A DNA stretch of 64,000 nucleotides from a virus. Its lineage: Duplodnaviria; Caudoviricetes. Below, one piece after another: positions 55,856-64,000 of the stretch. Under the pieces are notes generated by a model. The model searched no databases. It worked only from the letters and a program-made list of their open reading frames with translations, and was not told the origin of the DNA. Every line of letters starts with the position of its first letter. Within the stretch, counting starts at the first letter, position 1. The translations under genes and the position numbers were made by a program. The stretch is from IMG/VR virus record IMGVR_UViG_3300048930_000991, positions 1,414 to 65,413 of that record; one strand, 5' to 3'.

Positions 55856-58803
55856 CGGAGAGTGCTGTGAGTGCTGCTGCGCGTGCTGAGACGGCCCCGG
55901 GCCTTGCGCCCTTTTCGCTCAAGGATGCGCCGGCTTTCATCGAGCGGCAGTTTCCTGTCGGACGGCTTTCGGCGGAGGCCTACAAGGAGCGTAAGGCGAA
56001 CCTTGGACAAACGTTGACGGGGCTCGGCTCGTATTGGAAGGGGCGCAAGCCCCTCATTATGGTGCGGGCTGTCGTGCTGGGCTGCCTCTTGCCCTCAACG
56101 AATGATGCCGCAGAAGACCTCGATGTCTTCCTCAAGCTCATGGCGATGGACGATATGGCCTTCGGTCGCCGGTTCAACGGAAGCGCCGCCGAATTCGCAA
56201 AGCTCTTTCCGGCCTACGCGAGCCTAGCAACGGAGGCCAAAGGCAAACGCAGCGTCTGGAGAGAAGATCTATCCACAGCGCAGCGACAAATCCGCGTCGC
56301 TGAGGCCTTTACCAGCCTCCCCTACGCAGAGCGGCTGAAGCACGTGCGCCGGCCTGAAGAATGCGACGAGGCTGAACTCTTGGGCACAGTATGGCCGTCC
56401 GTGAATCAGCATCTTGGTACAAGCGCCGGAAGTCTGCCTCAGTTGGTTGAGCAGCTCGGCCTGCTCCGCTTTGGACGTCGTCCGCAGGTAGCTGACACAT
56501 TCTGCGGTGGAGGATCTATCCCGTTCGAAGCGGCACGGATCGGATGCGACGTCTATGCTTCAGACCTCAACCCGATCGCGTGCATGCTGACCTGGGGCGC
56601 CTTCAACATCATCGGGGCAAAACCCGATAGGCGCGTGGAGATTGAGAAGGCGCAGAAGAGCGTTGCGCAAGCGGTAGATGCAGAGATCACGCGCCTCGGC
56701 ATCGAGCATGACGCAGCCGGCAATCGTGCGAAAGCGTACCTCTATTGCCTTGAGACGCGATGCCCCAAGACTGGTTGGATGGTGCCCATGGCGCCATCCT
56801 GGGTTGTTTCGAGGCTCCGCAATGTGGTTGCAAAGCTGGTGCCCGATCACGCTGCGAAGCGCTACAAAATCGAGATTGTCGCGAATGCGTCCCCTGAAGA
56901 AATGAAGACTGCGGAGCAGGGCACCGTTCGAGATGGCCGGTTGGTTCACCCCATGAATCCTGAACGGTCTGGCGTCGAGATCAAGACCATCCGTGGAGAC
57001 TACAGGGACGCCGACGGAGCCACGCGTAACCGTCTCCGCCAATGGGAGATCGCCGATTTCGTACCAAGATCGGACGATATCTTCCAAGAACGCCTTTACT
57101 GCGTTCAATGGATCGCAAAAGACTCGTTTGGGAAATCCAGACAGGAGACGTTCCTCGCCGCGGTGACTGATGAAGACATGGAGCGCGAGCGTCGTGTTGA
57201 GGAAATTGTTCGTGACAACCTAGCACGCTGGCAAGAATGCGGCGTGGTGCCGGACATGGCTATCGCGCCTGGTGAGAAGACTGATGAGCCAATCCGCACG
57301 CGCGGTTGGACTTACTGGCACCATCTATTCGGAGCCCGGCAGATACTGCTTTTTTCGCTGTATTTTTCTAATAGATCGGCAGAAGAAAGTATATTTAGCG
57401 CAAAAATGCTCGACTGGAACTCTAGAATTTCTGGATGGATGAATCACTGGGAGAAGACAAATCAGGTTTTTTATAATCAGGCATTGAATCCTCATTTAGA
57501 CTACGCCGCACGCGCCTTCGTAAGTCACGATGCTGGTCGTGTTTTTGGATTTAGTGATGTTGCGATCCCACCTGGTTTAGTGAAAATAAAAACTAAAAAT
57601 GCAAAGGATTACAATGAAGATTGCGAAATAATTGTCACCGATCCGCCGTATGCTGATGCTGTTAATTATCATGAGATAACAGAATTTTTTATAGCTTGGC
57701 TGCGGAAAAATCCCCCGGCTCCATTTGATAATTGGGCATGGGACTCACGGCGAGATTTAGCCATTAAAGGAAAAGATGAGCAATTTCGGCGCGATATGGT
57801 GTCCGCGTATAGCGCAATCTCACAACATATGCCTGAGATTGGCCAGCAAGTTGTTATGTTCACACATCAGGACGCTGGTGTGTGGGCTGATCTCGCCAGC
57901 ATCTTATGGGCTGCCGGACTGCGCGTTACCGCGGCTTGGAACATCGTCACCGAGACTGAAAGCGCACTGAAGGCGGGCAATTACGTCCAAGGAACGGTTT
58001 GCCTCGTGCTTCGTAAGCGCCTGGGCGCAGTCAATGCTCGGCGCATGGAGATTGAGGCGGAGATTGAGGAGGCGGTGGCGGCCCAACTCGCCCACCTCAA
58101 CGCCCTCGATGACGCCTGGCACGAGCGCACCAATGCGGAGACGCTCTACACCGATGGCGACCTGACGCTCGCCGCCTATGCTGCGGCCCTGCAGGTCGTC
58201 ACCGCCTATTCCAGCATTGATCGCCAGCCGCTCGACCGCGACCTCTACCGCAAGCTCGGCAAGGGCGAGACCACCATGCTGCGTGACTTGGTGGACTACG
58301 CCGCGCAGGTGGCGAACAGCCTGCTGGTGCCGGAGGGCTTCCCCCGCGACATGTGGCGGGACCTGCTGGCCGCCGAGCGCTTCTATGTCCGCATGCTCGA
58401 CATGGAGGCGAAGGGCTCCGCCAAGGTCGCCGACTTCCAGAATTTCGCGAAGAGCTTCGCCTTCGGCGGCTATGCCGACCTGATGGCCTCCACCACCGCG
58501 AACGCGGCGTCGCTCGCCGGCGCCGCCGATCTCAAGGGCCGCATGCTGGAAGGCGAGGGCTTCGGTGGCACCCAGCTCCGACAGGTGCTCTTCGCCATCT
58601 GGAAGACGATGGAAGGCAAGGAGCTCGACCCCAAGCGCGGCGTCATTCTGCTGAAATCAGAATACAACACAGACTACTGGCAGCGCCGGCAGAAGCTGAT
58701 CGCCCTGGCCCGCTATGTCGCCGGCAAAACGGCGCGTACTCGCCCCGACGAAAGCGCGGCCGCGCATGAGCTGGCCGAGGCGCTGACGCTCGACAGGGTC
58801 TAG
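55852..58803 (+). CDS. DUF1156-domain adenine-specific DNA methyltransferase
   Basis: GLGSYWKGRKPL, DTFCGGGSIP motif I, TDPPY motif IV. Confidence 0.9.
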   Translation: MTESAVSAAARAETAPGLAPFSLKDAPAFIERQFPVGRLSAEAYKERKANLGQTLTGLGSYWKGRKPLIMVRAVVLGCLLPSTNDAAEDLDVFLKLMAMDDMAFGRRFNGSAAEFAKLFPAYASLATEAKGKRSVWREDLSTAQRQIRVAEAFTSLPYAERLKHVRRPEECDEAELLGTVWPSVNQHLGTSAGSLPQLVEQLGLLRFGRRPQVADTFCGGGSIPFEAARIGCDVYASDLNPIACMLTWGAFNIIGAKPDRRVEIEKAQKSVAQAVDAEITRLGIEHDAAGNRAKAYLYCLETRCPKTGWMVPMAPSWVVSRLRNVVAKLVPDHAAKRYKIEIVANASPEEMKTAEQGTVRDGRLVHPMNPERSGVEIKTIRGDYRDADGATRNRLRQWEIADFVPRSDDIFQERLYCVQWIAKDSFGKSRQETFLAAVTDEDMERERRVEEIVRDNLARWQECGVVPDMAIAPGEKTDEPIRTRGWTYWHHLFGARQILLFSLYFSNRSAEESIFSAKMLDWNSRISGWMNHWEKTNQVFYNQALNPHLDYAARAFVSHDAGRVFGFSDVAIPPGLVKIKTKNAKDYNEDCEIIVTDPPYADAVNYHEITEFFIAWLRKNPPAPFDNWAWDSRRDLAIKGKDEQFRRDMVSAYSAISQHMPEIGQQVVMFTHQDAGVWADLASILWAAGLRVTAAWNIVTETESALKAGNYVQGTVCLVLRKRLGAVNARRMEIEAEIEEAVAAQLAHLNALDDAWHERTNAETLYTDGDLTLAAYAAALQVVTAYSSIDRQPLDRDLYRKLGKGETTMLRDLVDYAAQVANSLLVPEGFPRDMWRDLLAAERFYVRMLDMEAKGSAKVADFQNFAKSFAFGGYADLMASTTANAASLAGAADLKGRMLEGEGFGGTQLRQVLFAIWKTMEGKELDPKRGVILLKSEYNTDYWQRRQKLIALARYVAGKTARTRPDESAAAHELAEALTLDRV

Positions 58804-58806
58804 CCC

Positions 58807-61554
58807 ATGGCGATCGAGCGCTTCTCCTCCCGCCGCGAAGCGCTGGGCCCTGTCCTGACCGCACGGCTCGCGGGCGCCAAACGGTACCTTCGCATCGCCG
58901 GCTATTTCCGCTCTTCCCTGCTCGAGGTGGTGGGCGAGGCGCTGGAGACGGTCGGTGAGATCAGAGTGATCTGCAACGGCGACCTCGACCCGCATGATGT
59001 GAAGGTGGCGAAGGCCGCCCGCGACGGCCAGGCAGCGCTGGCACGCACCCTGGTCTCTTCCTGGCAGGCGACGGAAGACGGGCTGGACGTGCTGCTCGCC
59101 CGAGAACGCTATCGGCGGCTGCACGACCTTCTGGCCTCGGGCCGCATGAAGGTGCGCGTGGTGCCACGGGATGCCGACAATGTCTTCGTGCACGGCAAGG
59201 CTGGCGTGATCGAGCATGGCGACGGCCGCGTCTATTCCTTCGTCGGCAGCGTGAATGATTCCGCCTCCGGCTTCCGGCATGCCTACGAAATTCTGTGGGG
59301 CGACGAAGATCCGATTGCCGCGACCTGGGTGCGCGAGGAGTTCGAGCATTTCTGGCAGCAGGGCGTCGACCTGCCCGATGCGGTGGTGAAGCACGTCGCC
59401 GCCATGGCAGGCCGGATCGAATATCGCTCGATCGAGGCGGCGCGTGACACGGGCGGCGATGTCGCGACCGATGCCATCCTGGCCGAGCGCCCGATCTACA
59501 AGGGCGGGCAGATCCTGCGGTCCTGGCAGAAGCGCTTCGTGCAGAGCTGCGTCGAGGATCGCCGGCTGCATGGTCGCGCGCGCTATCTGATCGCAGACGA
59601 TGTCGGCCTCGGCAAGACGCTCTCCATGGCGGCCGCGGCCCTGGTGCTGTCGATGCTCGACGACAAGCCGGTTCTGATCCTGGCCCCTGCAACGCTGATC
59701 TGGCAGTGGCAGGAGGAGTTGGAAGACAAGCTCGGCGTGCCCGCGGCGGTGTGGTCAACCCAGAAGAAGTGCTGGCTCGATGGCGAGCGGCGCCCGCTGA
59801 CGCAAAAGGGTGATCCGACGCTGGTGGCGAAGTGCCCCTGGCGGATCGGGATCATGTCCACAGGGCTGATCGTGAACGGCGATGACGCCGGTGAACGAGG
59901 GGCACTGGCGAAGAAGTCCTTTGGCGTGGTCATCCTGGATGAGGCGCACAAAGCACGCGCCTCCCGCGGCCAGAACGGCCGCGGCGCGGCGGAACCAAAT
60001 CAGTTACTGCGATTCCTGCGTGGCGCCGCTGGCAAGGCCACCAACGTGATCATTGGCACAGCGACGCCGATCCAGCTCGACGCGGTCGAACTCTGGGATC
60101 TGCTGAGTGCGCTTGGCCAGGGTGCGCCGCAGGTCCTTGGGCAGCCCTTCGACGGCGGCGAGTGGGTGCGTGAGGAGTCGATCCGCTACCTGACCGGGGC
60201 CAAGGCCTGGCCGATGAACGACACGAACCGCTGGGGCCTGTTCCGCAACCCGCTGCCACCTGCCGCTGAACACTCGGTGTTCCGCGACATCCGCAATGAT
60301 GCGGGCCTCCTCCCGCGCGACGTGCTGGGGCCGCGGTTCGACGATCTTGGCTCAGATATCCGTACCGATTTCCTGAACGACTTCCAGGCGCTCGCCGAGC
60401 GGCACAACCCGATCGTGCGTCGGGTTGTTCGGCGCACCAGGCCGATGCTCGAAGCGCGTGGGCTGCTCAAGCGCATTGGCGTGCTGACGCACCCGAAGCC
60501 TGACGACGGCCTGCCAGCCTCGCTGTTCAGCGGTGAGGGCCTGGAGATGAGCATCGCCTTCAGGGCCGCCTATGAGGCCGCGGAGGCCTTCAGCCGCCTG
60601 TACGCGCAACGCTTTCCCGGCGCTGGCTTTCTAAAGACCATCCTGCTGCGCCGCATCGGTTCTTCGGCGCGCGCTGGGCTTGAGACGGCACGGCATCTGC
60701 TCGGTCGGCTGGACGGTCCGCTCGTCCCCGAAGACGAGACGAGCGATGAAGGCGTCCCCGACAATGCCCTGCCGCCCGATCCCCAGGAGCTCCAGTACCT
60801 ACGCGATGTGGAGCGGAACCTGGCCGCCGTCGTCTCGGGCAGTGACACGGATCCGAAGGTTCAGGTGGTGCTGCACTATCTGCGTGAGCGGCGCTGGCTT
60901 GAGACGAACGGCGCCATCATCTTCAGCCAGTACCGGACGACGGCGGAGTGGGTCCTGGAGGCCCTTTGTGCCGCGTTTCCGGACGAGCCGGTGGCTCTCT
61001 ACGCCGGCGGCGCCGCGTCCTTCGTGCAACGCGGCCAGGATCGCCGCACGGCTGCCCGCGAGCAGATCAAGCGACGCATCCAAGATGGGGAGATCAGGCT
61101 GGTCTGCGCCACGGACGCTGCTTGCGAGGGGCTGAATCTGCAGCGCCTTGGTGCGCAGGTGAACATCGACTTGCCGTGGAACCCATCGCGGCTGGAGCAG
61201 CGGAAGGGGCGCGTGCAGCGCATCGGCCAGGCGCGAGACGACATTCACGTGCTGAGCCTGCGCTATGCCGGCACCGTGGAGGATCAGGTCTACGCGGCGC
61301 TGTCCCAGCGCTTTGGCGACATCTTCTCGGTCCTTGGCCAGCTTCCGGACGCCTTCGAGGACGATTGGATCTCAGCCGTGCTCAAGGATCGCACGGCGCT
61401 GCAGAACTTCTCACAGCGCGTCGAGACGGCGAAGCCACCAATGGAGCTGCGCTACTCTCTGGACATTGCCGACGATCAGGGCCTGGACTGGGAGTACGCA
61501 GAAAAGGTCCTCTCCTCGCGCGATATCGATGAGTGGATGCGACAGGGATGGTGA
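58807..61554 (+). CDS. PLD-like nuclease - SNF2 helicase fusion
   Basis: VHGKAG...GSVN PLD motif; ADDVGLGKT, DEAH, TATP, EGLNLQ, WNPSRLEQRKGRVQR. Confidence 0.9.
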   Translation: MAIERFSSRREALGPVLTARLAGAKRYLRIAGYFRSSLLEVVGEALETVGEIRVICNGDLDPHDVKVAKAARDGQAALARTLVSSWQATEDGLDVLLARERYRRLHDLLASGRMKVRVVPRDADNVFVHGKAGVIEHGDGRVYSFVGSVNDSASGFRHAYEILWGDEDPIAATWVREEFEHFWQQGVDLPDAVVKHVAAMAGRIEYRSIEAARDTGGDVATDAILAERPIYKGGQILRSWQKRFVQSCVEDRRLHGRARYLIADDVGLGKTLSMAAAALVLSMLDDKPVLILAPATLIWQWQEELEDKLGVPAAVWSTQKKCWLDGERRPLTQKGDPTLVAKCPWRIGIMSTGLIVNGDDAGERGALAKKSFGVVILDEAHKARASRGQNGRGAAEPNQLLRFLRGAAGKATNVIIGTATPIQLDAVELWDLLSALGQGAPQVLGQPFDGGEWVREESIRYLTGAKAWPMNDTNRWGLFRNPLPPAAEHSVFRDIRNDAGLLPRDVLGPRFDDLGSDIRTDFLNDFQALAERHNPIVRRVVRRTRPMLEARGLLKRIGVLTHPKPDDGLPASLFSGEGLEMSIAFRAAYEAAEAFSRLYAQRFPGAGFLKTILLRRIGSSARAGLETARHLLGRLDGPLVPEDETSDEGVPDNALPPDPQELQYLRDVERNLAAVVSGSDTDPKVQVVLHYLRERRWLETNGAIIFSQYRTTAEWVLEALCAAFPDEPVALYAGGAASFVQRGQDRRTAAREQIKRRIQDGEIRLVCATDAACEGLNLQRLGAQVNIDLPWNPSRLEQRKGRVQRIGQARDDIHVLSLRYAGTVEDQVYAALSQRFGDIFSVLGQLPDAFEDDWISAVLKDRTALQNFSQRVETAKPPMELRYSLDIADDQGLDWEYAEKVLSSRDIDEWMRQGW

Positions 61555-61665
61555 CGGTTAACGCTTCCCCACCCTGGTGATGAGCATCGCGTCGATTTAC
61601 TGTTTCATCTCGGGAACGTAGGCCAGAATATTGAGGGCCACCCGAATGGCGGCGGGAGAGCGAGT

Positions 61666-62583
61666 ATGGCGATGCCTGATTACCAATCCCTCATGCTCCC
61701 CGTTCTCGAGATCGGCGCGAGGGGCGAGTCCTCGGTTCCGCTGGCTGCTGACGACATTGCCTTGCGCTTTGGGCTCACCAACGATGAGCGCGAGCAGATG
61801 CTGCCGAGCGGGAAGCAGCGTGTGCTCCACAATCGGCTGCACTGGGCCAAGTTTTATCTAACCAAGGCAGGATTGCTCGAAAGCCCAAAGCGTGGCCGCT
61901 TCGTGATCAGCGACGCTGGCAGGAAGGTGCTTGCCAGCCCGCCGACAGAGCTCAACACGAAATACCTCCTGGCAATCCCGGCCTTCCGCGACTTCTACCG
62001 CGGCGAGGAGGAAGCCGGTGCCGCCGGTCCGGTCATCGAGGTGGAGCCACCGGTCGCGACGCCCGAAGAGGTCGTTGACGCTGCCTATAAGGCTCTTCAG
62101 GCGGCACTACGCGATGAACTCCTGGGGCGGATCCTGCAGAATAGCCCGGCCTTCTTTGAGCAGTTGATAGTCGAACTCCTGGTGGCGATGGGCTACGGGG
62201 GATCACGTCTGAATGCCGCGGAGCAGCTCGGCAAGTCCGGTGACGGCGGCGTCGATGGCGTGATCAATGAGGACGTCCTCGGCCTCGATCGGGTCTATGT
62301 GCAGGCCAAGCGGCACGCGCCTGGCAGCACCATCGGGCGGCCGGAGATCCAGGCGTTTACCGGCAGCCTCGTCGGACTCGGCGCCTCGAAAGGCGTCTTC
62401 GTGACGACCTCCGCGTTCTCGGCCCAGGCCATCGACTTCGCATCGCGGATCCCGCAGCGCGTGGTGCTGATCAACGGGAAGCGCTTGACCGAACTGATGG
62501 TCGAGCACGGTGTCGGGGTGCGAATCAGCCGAACCGTTGAGTTCAAACGTCTCGACGAGGATTTTTTCTCGGAGGAGGAGTGA
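61666..62583 (+). CDS. mrr: Mrr type IV restriction endonuclease
   Basis: Mrr_N PDYQSLMLPVL...NRLHWAKFYL; catalytic GDGGVDG...VQAKR, GVFVTTS. Confidence 0.93.
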   Translation: MAMPDYQSLMLPVLEIGARGESSVPLAADDIALRFGLTNDEREQMLPSGKQRVLHNRLHWAKFYLTKAGLLESPKRGRFVISDAGRKVLASPPTELNTKYLLAIPAFRDFYRGEEEAGAAGPVIEVEPPVATPEEVVDAAYKALQAALRDELLGRILQNSPAFFEQLIVELLVAMGYGGSRLNAAEQLGKSGDGGVDGVINEDVLGLDRVYVQAKRHAPGSTIGRPEIQAFTGSLVGLGASKGVFVTTSAFSAQAIDFASRIPQRVVLINGKRLTELMVEHGVGVRISRTVEFKRLDEDFFSEEE

Positions 62584-62719
62584 TCTGCATGCCCCTCGCC
62601 GGACGGATACGAGGAAATGGGCGCTGCCGGGCACGCGACCCGTTACCATGTGGTGCTGGTCAAGAACGCGCTCCACGGGAAGACGGCAGCATCTCTAGCC
62701 GCAAGGCCTTGTACCCTCG

Positions 62720-63478
62720 ATGACCGACGAAGAACGGCTCAGCGAGATCAGACGGCTTCTCTACGAATACAGTAACCGGCCGCCACTGAAGTTCCCGGCG
62801 GAGAGCGAGATTCCGAAGATCGCGCGGCGCCTCCTCGACGCTGCGAGAGGCCCTTCGAGCCTTTGGACGAAATGGGACAAGGATCGCGAGGCCGTAGCCC
62901 AGCGGGCGGCAATCCTATGGGTACCCCTTGATGATCTGCGCGATGCCCTGAACAGTCTCCCAGGCGAACCACTGACCGCAATTGACGTCGAACAGAGGCT
63001 GTACGCCATCAGGCAAGAGCAGGGCGGGTACGGCTACGGTGCCGACGACGAGCTGAAAGAAGCGTCGTTCGAGGCATATCACCAGGTGAAGGCGACGGGG
63101 ACCGAGTTTATCGCCATCCTCGGCTGGCTTGAGGAATGGACCTGGGGTGCCGAAGAACGCCTTCGGCGAAAGCGCGAGATAGACCGGCGCGAGCAGATCG
63201 CTGCGGACAAGCGCAACGCGGAACTACGACTCCGATCGGGAGCGGACTGTCCCTGGACACAGATCGCCGGAGATGCCGATCTGCATAGTCGGAAGAATAA
63301 TCGGCTGTTTCGCCTTCGGGAGTTAAAAAAATCAACGTCTCCTCTGGCACCGAAATTTGAGGTGCTGGAAGTGGCGACGCTGGATGCAAAGCGGGGGACC
63401 CAGATTGGTCAGTATCGCACGCGATCAGACGCTTCGAAGACCGTGATGGAGGTCGCGTATAAGCCGGATTGGCGCTGA
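62720..63478 (+). CDS. Hypothetical protein (252 aa) in the defence island
   Basis: Long ORF with natural amino-acid composition; no motif recognised. Confidence 0.7.
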   Translation: MTDEERLSEIRRLLYEYSNRPPLKFPAESEIPKIARRLLDAARGPSSLWTKWDKDREAVAQRAAILWVPLDDLRDALNSLPGEPLTAIDVEQRLYAIRQEQGGYGYGADDELKEASFEAYHQVKATGTEFIAILGWLEEWTWGAEERLRRKREIDRREQIAADKRNAELRLRSGADCPWTQIAGDADLHSRKNNRLFRLRELKKSTSPLAPKFEVLEVATLDAKRGTQIGQYRTRSDASKTVMEVAYKPDWR

Positions 63479-63886
63479 ACGCGTTTTCGGCCCGCCGAAC
63501 ATTTGAAGGGCCGGCGATGCTGTTCTCTGGAATATGCTTTGAGCGAATCCGTCTTTTGTCGCTGCCAGACGATCCGCCGAAGGCGGCGGGTACCGAAACC
63601 AACGCCCTGCCGCCGTACTTCTGGTTCGCTCTCGAAGTACGGATTTCGGGCAAGCGGGGTTCGAACCAGGGCAAGCGTCGACCGCGCGGAACTCGGCCTT
63701 TTACCTCGGTTTTTGCGTCCGTACTAAATCGGCCAAGTCAGGAGGTCCGGAGAGAATTGGCCTCGGGAGAGCGATTTTCGGGCGTCTCCGCGACGAGCCA
63801 GTCAACAGGTCTGCCCCGAAAACCCCAGGAAACCTGCCACTCAGCGCGGCGCTCGGTCGGGCGGAGAGCGCGGCTCGTATGGAAAC

Positions 63887-63977
63887 TGGCGGACAGGGTG
63901 GGATTCGAACCCACGATACGCTTTTGACGTATACGCACTTTCCAGGCGCGCGCCTTCGACCGCTCGGCCACCTGTCC
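63887..63977 (-). tRNA. tRNA-Ser(GGA)
   Basis: Reverse complement GGACAGGTGGCCGAGCGG...CTGGAAA...long variable arm...GGTTCGAATCCCACCCTGTCCGCCA with encoded CCA. Confidence 0.97.
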
Positions 63978-64000
63978 GAAGGGCGCGGACCATAGTCAGG

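Noticed and set aside
63469-63971. ORFs 63469-63927 (+) and 63738-63971 (-)
   Set aside because: They overlap the tRNA gene and have no protein-like features

Overview
A GC-rich, alphaproteobacterial-looking window (Acetobacteraceae/Roseomonas-like; inference only). It is dominated by an apparently complete lambda-like siphophage prophage (~5.6-52 kb). Minus strand: tail, head, lysis, packaging, DNA methyltransferases and replication genes. Plus strand: an ImmA/XRE switch and a DUF2924 plus serine-recombinase module. The prophage is followed by a defence island (DUF499-DUF3780-DUF1156-PLD/SNF2 'restriction-like' system, Mrr and one unknown gene) that abuts the 3' end of tRNA-Ser(GGA). A second module (large serine recombinase plus two ParB-like genes) and an XRE-fusion protein lie at the left edge. 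Most notable: (1) a SIR2 + small protein + Rad50/SMC-like ATPase cassette (Lamassu/ABC-3C-like) inserted inside the tail operon, between the tail tube and tail chaperone genes; (2) two orphan antitoxins whose toxins survive only as remnants; (3) a lambda-like cosQ/cosN/cosB arrangement about 5 kb upstream of terS; (4) two alphaproteobacterial LexA boxes; (5) an iteron-like origin; (6) a -1 frameshift tail chaperone; (7) an AT-rich, probably swapped specificity segment inside the DUF1156 methylase. All family names come from motif recognition by eye, not database searches.
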